From sequence record OR896832.1: a stretch of 64,000 nt of DNA; one strand, 5' to 3'. Shown here in pieces: positions 35,993-45,147 of this stretch (positions are counted from its first letter, which is position 1; each line of letters begins with the position of its first letter). This DNA is from Escherichia phage GoldenSnicker. A program made the translations under genes and the position numbers. The notes beneath the pieces were generated by a model. The model saw only the letters and a program-made list of their open reading frames with translations, was not told where the DNA came from and did not search any database.

Positions 35993-36232
35993 ATGGTCTA
36001 TAATATCGTCATTGGTGCTTTGTCTAATTTCGGAATGAAATTATTGTCAAAGTTAATTAGTGAAAAGATGCTCACTAAAATTTTCTTCTATTGCGCTCGT
36101 CGTCTTGCGGCTTATACCAATACGCCAATTGATGATCGTTTTGTGGAAGAACTTTATAAGGAGTTTAATAAAGATCAGTCAGAAGATAGTAACGAGCAAG
36201 ATAAACCTAGTGATAGTCAACTACCTAAATAA
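35993..36232 (+). CDS. hypothetical small protein
   Basis: 79 aa, amphipathic N-terminus and acidic tail; occupies the slot where T4 has gene 38. Confidence 0.4.
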   Translation: MVYNIVIGALSNFGMKLLSKLISEKMLTKIFFYCARRLAAYTNTPIDDRFVEELYKEFNKDQSEDSNEQDKPSDSQLPK

Positions 36233-36265
36233 GAGTACACTGTCATAGTTATCTTAGGGCATTAT

Positions 36266-36922
36266 ATGCAAGTTTCTGAAAAAGGGAAAGACTTTGCTAT
36301 CTCAAATGTCCTGCGCGCTATTTTCACAACTAAAAGCACGGAGTTGCTCGTACTTCGTGTTTTTGCTGCCGTCGTGTTGTCCATATTGGCATTTGTCGTT
36401 TATAGTAAAAACGAGTTATTTGCGCTTTATAAAGAGACTCGTTATGAGACTTATGCTCACATTCTCCAGGTAGAGAAAGACCGCAATTTTGATAATGCAG
36501 CACAGGAGCAGTTACAGATAGTTCATGTGTCGGCTGATGCCGATTTTTCTGCTGTTTTTAGTTTTCGTCCGAAAAACCTAAACTATTTTGTTGATTTGGT
36601 GGCATATGAAGGAAAGCTACCACACACAATCGATGAAAAAAATTTAGGCGGATTCCCTATCAATAAAACGAGTGAAGAATATCGTAGGCATCTTTTAGGT
36701 AAATCATATTTTACCGATAAAGATTTCCAGTATATTCCATCAAGAGAAAAGAAATTAGAGAATATCGATATAGGTTTCATGTATTCTTGTCCTATATTCA
36801 ATCTCGATAATGTCTATTCTGGTAGTATCGCCATTTCATGGAAGAATAAACCGGATATTGACATTGAGAATTTAGATACTCTTTGCAATCAATCTGCCAG
36901 AATCCTCGGAAGGATTAGATAA
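36266..36922 (+). CDS. t: holin
   Basis: 218 aa, same length as T4 T; LQIVHVSADADFSAVFSFRPKNLNYFVDLVAYEGKLP and MYSCPIFNLDNVYSG match. Confidence 0.85.
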   Translation: MQVSEKGKDFAISNVLRAIFTTKSTELLVLRVFAAVVLSILAFVVYSKNELFALYKETRYETYAHILQVEKDRNFDNAAQEQLQIVHVSADADFSAVFSFRPKNLNYFVDLVAYEGKLPHTIDEKNLGGFPINKTSEEYRRHLLGKSYFTDKDFQYIPSREKKLENIDIGFMYSCPIFNLDNVYSGSIAISWKNKPDIDIENLDTLCNQSARILGRIR

Positions 36923-36925
36923 CTT

Positions 36926-36956
36926 AAAGGGGAAGCCTTTCGGCCTCCCCTTCTTT
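36926..36956 (+). terminator. terminator hairpin
   Basis: ggggaagcc-tttc-ggcctcccc followed by TTCTTTTT at the convergent t / minus-strand gene junction. Confidence 0.5.
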
Positions 36957-37205
36957 TTATTGGCGCATAGACGCGCCTGAATCGCATTTTGACGCTGTAT
37001 GATGAAAACAGGTAGCGTACCAGTCATTGGCTTGTTTGTCTTCGTCAGAAAACGCGTAATTGCGTTGTATGCCGTTTTCTACTTTGACCAGTGCAATAGC
37101 TGTTTCTGGAAGATCAATCAATCGGACAAAATCACCATCTTCCCACTCTACACGAGCAATATCATAGCCCATCTCAAAGTATACAATCGCTTGTTCTAAT
37201 TTCAT
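36957..37205 (-). CDS. hypothetical protein
   Basis: 82-aa ORF. Confidence 0.4.
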   Translation of the reverse strand: MKLEQAIVYFEMGYDIARVEWEDGDFVRLIDLPETAIALVKVENGIQRNYAFSDEDKQANDWYATCFHHTASKCDSGASMRQ

Positions 37206-37531
37206 TCTGGAAACTTCCCGTAAACATTCTCTGCCAGCTTACGTGCATCTTTTACAATATCTTTCATGTAATGACTATAATTTTTAGCTAGATCAATGAT
37301 GCAGTCAACAAAGAAGTAATAGCGTCGCAGTGCTACCAGCTCAACATCTTCAAGATGACCATTTTCTCCAATCGCTGAAATATGTTTAAATTCCTTTTGG
37401 ATCGCGTCCATCGCTACATTAACTTCTTTTATAATATCTTTCGTATTATATGCACCTCGACTAATCAAAATTTTGGTTAGGTCTTCTGCTTTTTCGTGAA
37501 AGTTGTCAATTTCAAACTCGATCATAATCAC
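37202..37531 (-). CDS. hypothetical protein, paralog pair A
   Basis: 109 aa; C-terminus ...ARKLAENVYGKFPE resembles the neighbour's ...ARIMTENIFGKF. Confidence 0.45.
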   Translation of the reverse strand: MIMIEFEIDNFHEKAEDLTKILISRGAYNTKDIIKEVNVAMDAIQKEFKHISAIGENGHLEDVELVALRRYYFFVDCIIDLAKNYSHYMKDIVKDARKLAENVYGKFPE

Positions 37532-37639
37532 CTCTCATAATTTCACGCTGTTGTTTCAACATTTTTTCGTGGTTTGCTAATTCTATACCTTGTAATAGCA
37601 TAACCAGTGCAATTTTCAATGATTCATCATCTTTCATAA

Positions 37640-37972
37640 TCAAAATTTACCGAAAATATTCTCTGTCATAATTCTTGCTTCGTCGATTATTTTCGTCATG
37701 TTCATGGTGTAGTTATGATCATTTAGTGCCTTAATGACAACGAGCAAGGAATCTAAAAACACTCGATACCGGGTATATTCTACGCTATTTGTGAATACCG
37801 ATGTTTTCTCTACTTTATCGATCAGATAGCCTAAAACCGATAGCGCCTCGTTTACTTCCCTTGTTACTTTATCTGCGCTAAACAACACCGGATAAAGACG
37901 CGGTGTGATTAACCGCGCTGCCTCTTTCAATTCTGTCGCTTTCCATGATTCATATTTGTCATAGTTAAACAT
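37640..37972 (-). CDS. hypothetical protein, paralog pair A
   Basis: 110 aa; paralog of 37202-37531. Confidence 0.45.
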   Translation of the reverse strand: MFNYDKYESWKATELKEAARLITPRLYPVLFSADKVTREVNEALSVLGYLIDKVEKTSVFTNSVEYTRYRVFLDSLLVVIKALNDHNYTMNMTKIIDEARIMTENIFGKF

Positions 37973-37984
37973 TGTATAATCTCC

Positions 37985-38317
37985 TTACAGATGAAAACCT
38001 GTTACGATCACCGCATCGATCATACCGCTAGGAATAAACGGTTCACCCTCTTTTATTTCAACTTTGAATTGATGCCATTTCGCTAATACTTCTTCCGGTA
38101 CACCCAGCGATTCGGCGTCTGCTTTAGTTTCATCCATAATCCAACTAGGCTGCATGAGAGCATAGTTTACATAGTCCATTTCTGGGGTCATGTCATCAAT
38201 GTTAATATATTTGCAGTTGACGCGTTTCAGAATTTCAAATTCTTTATTGTCAACCTGTACCATGTATAATTCAGTAGTTTCTGGAATCAGTTCCCACACA
38301 ATCAGTACATTTTTCAT
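37985..38317 (-). CDS. hypothetical protein
   Basis: 110-aa ORF. Confidence 0.4.
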   Translation of the reverse strand: MKNVLIVWELIPETTELYMVQVDNKEFEILKRVNCKYINIDDMTPEMDYVNYALMQPSWIMDETKADAESLGVPEEVLAKWHQFKVEIKEGEPFIPSGMIDAVIVTGFHL

Positions 38318-38325
38318 AGTTCACC

Positions 38326-38694
38326 TCACTTAACAAAGATTTTCTTTAATGCTTTCAGGATCGTTGCTTCCGGCGCTTCTTCCGGTGGAGGAAGCAATTC
38401 TACCACTTCCTCTTCCAACTCGATATAGTCTACCAGATATTCTACATAGAATGCAAGTGCTTCCATGAAATTAAATGCTACATCCGATTCACCACAAGCG
38501 CCTACATGCATTGTATAAACATCACTGCGATCAAGTTTGTGGATGCTTCCCAGATAGTTCCGGTTATACCAGACTTCCCACACTTTCAGCTTTCCGGTTT
38601 TGGTTGCTGTTTTATAATCGGTTTCGTAATGATGCAATTGACGTTGCAGATCATTGATAATAACACATTTTTCGTAATTATTTTGAATTTCCAT
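38326..38694 (-). CDS. hypothetical protein
   Basis: 122-aa ORF with acidic C-terminus. Confidence 0.4.
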   Translation of the reverse strand: MEIQNNYEKCVIINDLQRQLHHYETDYKTATKTGKLKVWEVWYNRNYLGSIHKLDRSDVYTMHVGACGESDVAFNFMEALAFYVEYLVDYIELEEEVVELLPPPEEAPEATILKALKKIFVK

Positions 38695-38704
38695 GATGTA
38701 ATCC

Positions 38705-38896
38705 TCACTTATCGTTAAGAAGTTCTAAAACTTTCTGTCGTACTTTGTCAATATTAGTTGATTCAAAAACTGTACGGTATCCCCAGCTTTGACCGTATGA
38801 GCGGTTGCAATCTCCATATCCCCATTGTTCAACCTGATAGTATTCAAGGAATGGGTGCTGCCGAACTATGATACCATCGCGATTAAAAATTACCAT
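38705..38896 (-). CDS. hypothetical small protein
   Basis: 63-aa ORF. Confidence 0.35.
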   Translation of the reverse strand: MVIFNRDGIIVRQHPFLEYYQVEQWGYGDCNRSYGQSWGYRTVFESTNIDKVRQKVLELLNDK

Positions 38897-38919
38897 AATA
38901 TAATCCTCACGTCAACAAC

Positions 38920-39207
38920 TTATTTTCGGTTGTGGTCGCGATATGTTTTAAAATATCCCTCGTACCACGGTAAAATATCTGGATTTTTACCACTATACAG
39001 ACCTTTAACCATCATGTCAATAAGGCCATCTGGTGTTTGATAGTTTCCAGCTTTTATAAGCTCTCTGATTAAAATCTCTCTGTATATGTCTTTCGGATCT
39101 TCGTAATCAACTTGTATTGTGGTTGTGGTCTCATTCAATTTGGTTTCTGGAGTATCTCGCATTGCATCCCACCAATCTTTTGTGACCTTCATGTTATTGA
39201 ATTGCAT
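38920..39207 (-). CDS. hypothetical protein
   Basis: 95-aa ORF. Confidence 0.4.
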   Translation of the reverse strand: MQFNNMKVTKDWWDAMRDTPETKLNETTTTIQVDYEDPKDIYREILIRELIKAGNYQTPDGLIDMMVKGLYSGKNPDILPWYEGYFKTYRDHNRK

Positions 39208-39218
39208 AATTTAACCTC

Positions 39219-39977
39219 TTACTTGCAAACGTATTGATCTACATCAATTGCGCCACCGAATGTAGGGTGACGTTTTTCAAATCGAATAGTTCCGTCGTTT
39301 GGTTCGAAAACGGAGTATTCATATAGATCTTTCTTGCCAACATTCTTATAAAACCCGCCTTTAGTCATAACGGTTTCTTGTACGTTTGCTTTGTGTACGT
39401 TGTATTCATCAATGTATACAAAATCAACCATCTTCCCATTTTTAATGGTTACTTTAAGATCCCCTGGCTTGTTTCCATATTTTGCATACAGTGGAGCTTC
39501 TTTAATTTTGGTGGAAATTCCATCTTTCATACTCCACTCATAACGAACGGTGCATTGATAGGTAAAAGTTTCGACCTTCTGTTCTTCCACCATTTTTTCT
39601 TCCTGTTTCGGTTGTTCTTCGTCAACCTTCACAGAAGTCTCTGAATCGCTTTCTGACGCGGTTTCTTCTTTAGGTAATACATTCATCAAGTTTTGGATTT
39701 GAGCGTTGTATACAGCCTCCAGTGGCTGAATCTGCCCGATATTGATCATTGTATCACGAACAGTTTTATTCCAGTTGCGTTGCTCTTGTTTCAGAGACGG
39801 ATCAATCTTAACAGCCTTAACATATACTTCATGAAGTTTAGAATCCAGTGCGGAGATTGACTCATTAGCACAAATAAACTTCTCTGATTTTGTAGTGGCT
39901 TTAGCGCAATCAAAGGACGCAGCATTAGCACCGAAAGCAGTAGCGGAAAGAACGATAGCAGCGATAATGTTTTTCAT
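39219..39977 (-). CDS. secreted protein with DUF1311/LprI-like N-domain and Cys-bracketed C-domain (possible lysozyme inhibitor)
   Basis: signal peptide MKNIIAAIVLSATAFGANA; DCAKATTKSEKFIC...LD..LHEVY...QRNWNKTVRD pattern; acidic linker; C-domain with TKG motif and terminal Cys. Confidence 0.5.
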   Translation of the reverse strand: MKNIIAAIVLSATAFGANAASFDCAKATTKSEKFICANESISALDSKLHEVYVKAVKIDPSLKQEQRNWNKTVRDTMINIGQIQPLEAVYNAQIQNLMNVLPKEETASESDSETSVKVDEEQPKQEEKMVEEQKVETFTYQCTVRYEWSMKDGISTKIKEAPLYAKYGNKPGDLKVTIKNGKMVDFVYIDEYNVHKANVQETVMTKGGFYKNVGKKDLYEYSVFEPNDGTIRFEKRHPTFGGAIDVDQYVCK

Positions 39978-40049
39978 AATATATTCCTCAGTGTTTTTTG
40001 TCTTGATGGGAGTATCTTACTACTCCCTTAATCCGGTGTCAACTACTTT

Positions 40050-40205
40050 TTAAATTTCTTCTACAGTAAAGTCTTCAATGTTGTTGTGCTCGGAGAACGT
40101 TGCCAGACCAGCATTCCATGCATCATCCTCAGAGAAGAATACACCGTAACGTTCATATCCTTTAGCGCCTTCAAATTTAATCATTAATTTGTGAGTATGT
40201 TTCAT
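40050..40205 (-). CDS. hypothetical small protein (internal start)
   Basis: 51 aa from ATG after the promoter cassette. Confidence 0.35.
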   Translation of the reverse strand: MKHTHKLMIKFEGAKGYERYGVFFSEDDAWNAGLATFSEHNNIEDFTVEEI

Positions 40206-40236
40206 TTTGATTCTCCTTCGTTGTCTTGATGGGTTT

Positions 40237-40265
40237 AGTATAGGGGATCGCCGATCCCCTGTCAA
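40237..40265 (-). promoter_or_regulatory. sigma70-type early promoter with palindromic spacer
   Basis: TTGACA (40265..40260), spacer ggggatcggcgatcccc, TATACT (40242..40237). Confidence 0.55.
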
Positions 40266-40275
40266 CAACTATTTT

Positions 40276-40488
40276 TTAATTTTTACCCGCTCGTGCATTA
40301 ATACGCATTTTCTGCATAGCCATGATCTGGCTTACTGCTTCTTCTTTACGTTCTTGCGTGATAACGTGACCAGATTCCGCAAACTCTCCCGCAACTTCTT
40401 CTACGATCTCGCGAACTTGAGAACGTCCAAAGATGCGGTTTCCTTCGTAGCTCATAAATTCAGTCACTACTTGCTCAATAGATTTCAT
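40276..40488 (-). CDS. hypothetical small protein
   Basis: 70-aa ORF. Confidence 0.4.
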   Translation of the reverse strand: MKSIEQVVTEFMSYEGNRIFGRSQVREIVEEVAGEFAESGHVITQERKEEAVSQIMAMQKMRINARAGKN

Positions 40489-40549
40489 GTGATTCTCCTT
40501 TCGTTTGGTATGGGAGTATGTTACTACTCCCTTATCTTTACGTCAACAA

Positions 40550-40711
40550 CTATTTTAAATTATTTTCGACCTTCACCCATTCCGCGTATTCTTGCGCGGC
40601 TACTTTCGGATTTAGTCCGTCTTCGTACATTGCATCAAGTAATTCTTTGTCGGTGGGCTTATACCCTAGATAAGCCTCCACCTGATTTTTCCAAATTTTA
40701 TACCAGTTCAT
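40550..40711 (-). CDS. hypothetical small protein (internal start)
   Basis: about 53 aa from MNWYKIW. Confidence 0.35.
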   Translation of the reverse strand: MNWYKIWKNQVEAYLGYKPTDKELLDAMYEDGLNPKVAAQEYAEWVKVENNLK

Positions 40712-40715
40712 ATTA

Positions 40716-40988
40716 TCACCAGTCAAGAGCGCGTGTCTCTGCGTCTTCCCATGCTTGATCCATAACAGCCTTGAAAACATATTCTAGAGTATCATCTTTA
40801 GAGAATCCGAAGACTTTAGACGGAATATCTTCGATTGCTACTCCCGCAACTTCTGCATTACGCGCTTGGCAATAATGCAACTCTAAGTTATCGAGATAGC
40901 GACCGCCTAATTTCTCCATATCATCCCAACATTTCCAGTAACCTACTTTATCTGCAATTGCCAACACTTTGCTGTTTTCGTTGTTCAT
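40716..40988 (-). CDS. hypothetical protein (internal start)
   Basis: about 90 aa from MNNENSK; promoter 41020-41049 upstream. Confidence 0.4.
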   Translation of the reverse strand: MNNENSKVLAIADKVGYWKCWDDMEKLGGRYLDNLELHYCQARNAEVAGVAIEDIPSKVFGFSKDDTLEYVFKAVMDQAWEDAETRALDW

Positions 40989-41019
40989 CTTTGATTCTCC
41001 TTTTGTTTGGTATGGGTGT

Positions 41020-41049
41020 ATTATGCAATGCTGGATTATGGAAGTCAAA
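41020..41049 (-). promoter_or_regulatory. sigma70-type early promoter
   Basis: TTGACT (41049..41044), 18 bp, CATAAT (41025..41020). Confidence 0.5.
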
Positions 41050-41065
41050 CAACTTTTCAAATAAA

Positions 41066-41090
41066 AAAAGCCGACCACAAGGATCGGCTT
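41066..41090 (-). terminator. rho-independent terminator
   Basis: hairpin agccga-...-tcggct plus U-run on minus strand. Confidence 0.5.
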
Positions 41091-41099
41091 AATAGTCAG

Positions 41100-41495
41100 T
41101 TACTTACTAAATTTCTTTTTGGCTTCGTCTACTGCATGAGATGCCAGCACCGCTGCCGCATGTGCACTTTTATCTGTGTTGCATAGAACACCCAGATAAA
41201 CATCACGCCAAAGTTTAATCATCTCGTAGATCATATCAATATCATTTTCTTGTTTGTTGGCGATGCTATTCGTCGTTATCTGGTAAGGCAACGGCTTGAT
41301 CTGTACTGGTTCCGCCATCGGGCTAATCGGTTTCGGATCAGTCATAATAGGTGCTGTTGTTGGTGGTGTTTTCCATACATCATTATTCCACGGTTTAATC
41401 GTTGTATCGTAAAGTTTATAAGGATTTTTGTCTGGATTAACCATCCAGGCATGATGAGTACCCAAACCATTTGAAGTAATGCGTCGTTCAGTCAT
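41100..41495 (-). CDS. hypothetical Pro-rich protein
   Basis: 131-aa ORF. Confidence 0.4.
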   Translation of the reverse strand: MTERRITSNGLGTHHAWMVNPDKNPYKLYDTTIKPWNNDVWKTPPTTAPIMTDPKPISPMAEPVQIKPLPYQITTNSIANKQENDIDMIYEMIKLWRDVYLGVLCNTDKSAHAAAVLASHAVDEAKKKFSK

Positions 41496-41697
41496 ACTTT
41501 CCCTCCAAAAATTCTTTCATCAAATAGTCTATCGTTGCTCTGTGTTCTGGTGTGTTTGTTATCTCTGCTAACTTGTTCAGAGATTCAATAGTGATCCGGT
41601 TGGCTTCTTCCATAGTCTCAAAGACCATCGGTACAATCTTTTTATTGTTGTACACGAAAGCCACATAACCGCCTTCTGGATATTCTTTCATAATCAA
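41488..41697 (-). CDS. hypothetical small protein
   Basis: 69-aa ORF between gene 52 and downstream genes. Confidence 0.4.
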   Translation of the reverse strand: MIMKEYPEGGYVAFVYNNKKIVPMVFETMEEANRITIESLNKLAEITNTPEHRATIDYLMKEFLEGKYD

Positions 41698-43055
41698 CCC
41701 TTCTTAAGTTCTTTAAGATCTTTCTTATATTCCTTCATTGCGGTCGTCTTTGTCCAATACTCATATTCACTATGATGTTTATCGGCATCTTTGACCAGTC
41801 GATCATACTCTTCTTGAGTAACGCTATACAATGGCATAGAAACTAGCTTATCGGCGTATGGACGCAGTTTTTCATGTCCATTGATGGATTGCATTACCTC
41901 GGCCTTTTTCTTTCCCTGTAGCTCGATTTCTCCCTTAATTACGCGATCGATAAATTCGGCTTTAGCCATTGCATAATTGTATGCTTCCAGCGTTTCCGCT
42001 TGCATCAATTCAATGCGTTTATCGACATACCCTAAGCGAATTTCGACGAATCGACGGATCAGATCGCTCGCTTTCTCGAATACTTCAACTAAACCACGTT
42101 CATTAACCACTACGATATTCTGGGCTACTAACTGCGTTAGTTTAAAATCCTTCATGATTTGCTCATGTCGAGCGGATTCATCTTCACTTTTGAAATAATC
42201 GCGTTTCAGTGTTACTTCAAATCTGAATCCATCCTTAGAGCAACGGTCATTATATGAGACAATCAGATCTTTTTCTTCCAGTGCATCCAGTACCGCTACA
42301 TATTCTTCACGGTCGAACTTATAAGGAACTTCTGATATTGTCAGTTTAGTCTTGCCGTTTAGTTCATATGTACCCTCAAGAATCACACCATCGCGATCAT
42401 CTCGCGGGATAACTTTACCCGTGAATTTCGGGAATTGAACACTAGGTTCTTTATCCAGTTTTCCGGCAAGTGCTAGCTCTGTGCATTCAATAAGGCTTTC
42501 CAGTGAATGCGGTAAAATGTCAGTTTTATACCCTGTAGCAATACCACTAATACCATTAGCCAATACCATTGGCACAACTGGCAAGTAGAACGCTGGCGGG
42601 ATGTGTTCCAGATCTTCGTGCTTGGGTGCGCAATTCATATCTTTATAGATTTTAAAGAAGTTTTCATGCACGCGAGCAAAGATATAACGTGCCGCACCTG
42701 CTTTCTGGACTAAACGCGATCCGAAGTTACCTTGACCGTCAAGCAGTGGAGTATTATTGCTCCATGTATTCGCCATGAGTGATCCGGCTTCTACGGCATT
42801 AGTTTCCCCGTGGTGATAACCCAACTCAGCAACACCAGATCCAATATCTGCCATCTTACGGAATTTCTTACGGTCGCCTTTACTCTTTTGTAAAGCACAT
42901 TCCATAACAAAGCGTTGCACTGGTTTAAGCCCATCCACTAATTGAGGAATCCCGCGTTCCTCGGCAGAATAGATCGCATATTCCTTAGCTTCATTATGTA
43001 CAATGCTTTCAAGGCTGCGGTAAGTAACTGATTTATTCATCTTCACCTCATACAC
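41694..43055 (-). CDS. 52: DNA topoisomerase II medium subunit (GyrA-like)
   Basis: 453 aa; GLKPVQRFVM, active-site region ARYIFAR; size and position as T4 gp52. Confidence 0.85.
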   Translation of the reverse strand: MYEVKMNKSVTYRSLESIVHNEAKEYAIYSAEERGIPQLVDGLKPVQRFVMECALQKSKGDRKKFRKMADIGSGVAELGYHHGETNAVEAGSLMANTWSNNTPLLDGQGNFGSRLVQKAGAARYIFARVHENFFKIYKDMNCAPKHEDLEHIPPAFYLPVVPMVLANGISGIATGYKTDILPHSLESLIECTELALAGKLDKEPSVQFPKFTGKVIPRDDRDGVILEGTYELNGKTKLTISEVPYKFDREEYVAVLDALEEKDLIVSYNDRCSKDGFRFEVTLKRDYFKSEDESARHEQIMKDFKLTQLVAQNIVVVNERGLVEVFEKASDLIRRFVEIRLGYVDKRIELMQAETLEAYNYAMAKAEFIDRVIKGEIELQGKKKAEVMQSINGHEKLRPYADKLVSMPLYSVTQEEYDRLVKDADKHHSEYEYWTKTTAMKEYKKDLKELKKG

Positions 43056-43410
43056 GCTTACAAATCACATTCTTTACTTTATCAGATTTATCAGCCCAAT
43101 CCAATAGCCATTTTAACGGAAGGATTGACACAATAAACGGGGCAGCAATCAAAGCAAACATGATACACCTGATAATCAGGAAAACGCAAGTGACAAAACT
43201 AGCGATAGTGATCCCGACAAAACAAAATACCATAGAAAACAGAGTAATGATATAGAAAGGCCAGAATACCCACTCCCGCATCTTAACGCCTTTGTATTCT
43301 CTGAATTGCTTAAAATCTACAAACAACTCTCGGATAGACGCGTACAGGACCGAAAAATCATCTTTCATTGCTCTGAATGAGCAATCTTCTATTTTAGAAT
43401 GACCTAGCAT
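43048..43410 (-). CDS. membrane protein
   Basis: 120 aa with two or three hydrophobic helices. Confidence 0.45.
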   Translation of the reverse strand: MLGHSKIEDCSFRAMKDDFSVLYASIRELFVDFKQFREYKGVKMREWVFWPFYIITLFSMVFCFVGITIASFVTCVFLIIRCIMFALIAAPFIVSILPLKWLLDWADKSDKVKNVICKRV

Positions 43411-43412
43411 TA

Positions 43413-43706
43413 TTAACCGCCTTTCATCATTGATACTGGAATTGTTTTCTGATTTGTGTATAACTGGCCTACTTCAATTTTTTCTTGAATCAACACGACG
43501 TTACAATATCCACTGTCTTTAAGTTTTCTGATAATGACTCGCTTTTGTTCGTCGGTGATAGGATTGACTGTTCTCACCAATTCACCGCAAATAATAGCAC
43601 CATCTTTACAATTGCCAGTAACTTTCATGCTACGACCGTGAACAACAACCACATCACCGTAAATCACATTTTCGTCGTCGTATTTGGTAATAACCGTGAC
43701 CGTCAT
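43413..43706 (-). CDS. hypothetical protein
   Basis: 97-aa ORF. Confidence 0.4.
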   Translation of the reverse strand: MTVTVITKYDDENVIYGDVVVVHGRSMKVTGNCKDGAIICGELVRTVNPITDEQKRVIIRKLKDSGYCNVVLIQEKIEVGQLYTNQKTIPVSMMKGG

Positions 43707-43726
43707 AATGTATTCCCTCTAAGAAA

Positions 43727-43748
43727 GGCCGCGCAAAGCGGCCTATGT
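43727..43748 (-). terminator. hairpin terminator
   Basis: ggccgc-tttgc-gcggcc followed by a U-rich stretch on minus strand. Confidence 0.45.
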
Positions 43749-43751
43749 TTA

Positions 43752-44078
43752 TTATTGTTCTACAGTATAACTGTTGTTTTCAAGCCATGCAATAACAATC
43801 TTTTCGCCAATTTCATCGAGCATTTCATCAGAGCCATATTCTTTGATGAAAATCGATGGATCGTTATTGCTTACTACGTGCTGGATCACAACATGTTCAG
43901 GAATTGCGTCTAGCAGTTCGCTATGATCATACTCATTAACGATATCTTCAACACTAACATTATTAACCAAATCAACATCATCCATAGTCACAGTAACGCG
44001 ACCGGACGGACGCAATGAATATTGGCTACTTTCAACTTCAACATGTGCACTTTCGCAAGTAACTTTCATATCAACCAT
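43752..44078 (-). CDS. hypothetical acidic protein
   Basis: 108-aa ORF. Confidence 0.4.
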   Translation of the reverse strand: MVDMKVTCESAHVEVESSQYSLRPSGRVTVTMDDVDLVNNVSVEDIVNEYDHSELLDAIPEHVVIQHVVSNNDPSIFIKEYGSDEMLDEIGEKIVIAWLENNSYTVEQ

Positions 44079-44092
44079 AATTAATTCCTCTG

Positions 44093-45094
44093 TTAGTAAT
44101 GGCTAAAACCTTCGGTTACATCTTCAACCACATAGTAACGATGACAGCGCATTTTGGCATTCGCATAATCTTTCGGGATACTTACAACGTGACGCGGATC
44201 AACTTTACATTTAATGATTCGGCCTCGTCCACCGCCATAGTGCGGAATATAGTGTTTCGCTGCAACGTGGAGGCCATTAGAGCAAGTGCGATCATCATCT
44301 GGGTCCACGTCTTTACGCTTCATTTTAACCGTGCGCCCTGGGCTATTATCAAACGTATGCGTAAAGAAATCTTTATAATCAACATCAACACGTTTCCATG
44401 CATAGAAGCAACCATCTTCCCCGATCTCAATGTCGTTGTGCTCTAAGAAGTCAAATAGACGATCTACGGCCTTACGGCTAGGGTTTTTCTTGCACTTCTC
44501 AAAGAAGTTCAGATAGTGCGTATATGGCTTATTCTCTTTAATCGACTCCACAACTCGACGAGTCAGATTATTATCAAGAACAATATTATGATAATACACA
44601 ATACCATTTTCGATACGGAAAGCGCCGTGATAATATACTTCAACCGCTTTCTTAATGTCAATCAGCGTAATTGCTTTAATAAAATCATTCTGCTTAACTG
44701 CTTCCAGTGCTTCATTAAAGTTAACATGTGATGGATCAGCAGTATAAACAATGTCACCACATGTAATAGTAATAAACTTAGTTGAGGCTATGGCTACGAT
44801 TTTTGAGGAAGTAGTCACGGGCTTTTTTGCGCGTTCACCGCCTTTTCCTTTACTGGTTTTACGGCGTGCTTTACGTTTTTCTAGTGCCTTGCGGCCTTCC
44901 GCTACTGCGTCTTTCTGAATCAGTAATACACGGGAAGCAGTGCGACGAGATACACCAAATGCTGCCGCAAGTGCTTCGCGGGTAGTAAACTTACCTTCAC
45001 CCCACTGTTTAGCCAGTTTGATTTGTTTCGCAGAATCCAGGCATTGAACGTTACGGTCAGAGACGGTGATTTTTGCTTTAGTCATAGTATTCAT
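44093..45094 (-). CDS. rIIB: rIIB protein
   Basis: 333 aa adjacent to rIIA; N-terminal HTH-like segment; assigned by size and synteny. Confidence 0.6.
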   Translation of the reverse strand: MNTMTKAKITVSDRNVQCLDSAKQIKLAKQWGEGKFTTREALAAAFGVSRRTASRVLLIQKDAVAEGRKALEKRKARRKTSKGKGGERAKKPVTTSSKIVAIASTKFITITCGDIVYTADPSHVNFNEALEAVKQNDFIKAITLIDIKKAVEVYYHGAFRIENGIVYYHNIVLDNNLTRRVVESIKENKPYTHYLNFFEKCKKNPSRKAVDRLFDFLEHNDIEIGEDGCFYAWKRVDVDYKDFFTHTFDNSPGRTVKMKRKDVDPDDDRTCSNGLHVAAKHYIPHYGGGRGRIIKCKVDPRHVVSIPKDYANAKMRCHRYYVVEDVTEGFSHY

Positions 45095-45147
45095 TCCTCT
45101 ATTAGTTGGGCGACTCTCGCCGCCCGATTCACATCATTATACCAGAA

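Noticed and set aside
40207-40758. 183-aa plus-strand ORF spanning several promoter cassettes
   Set aside because: Runs antisense across three minus-strand small genes and their promoters; translation is low complexity.
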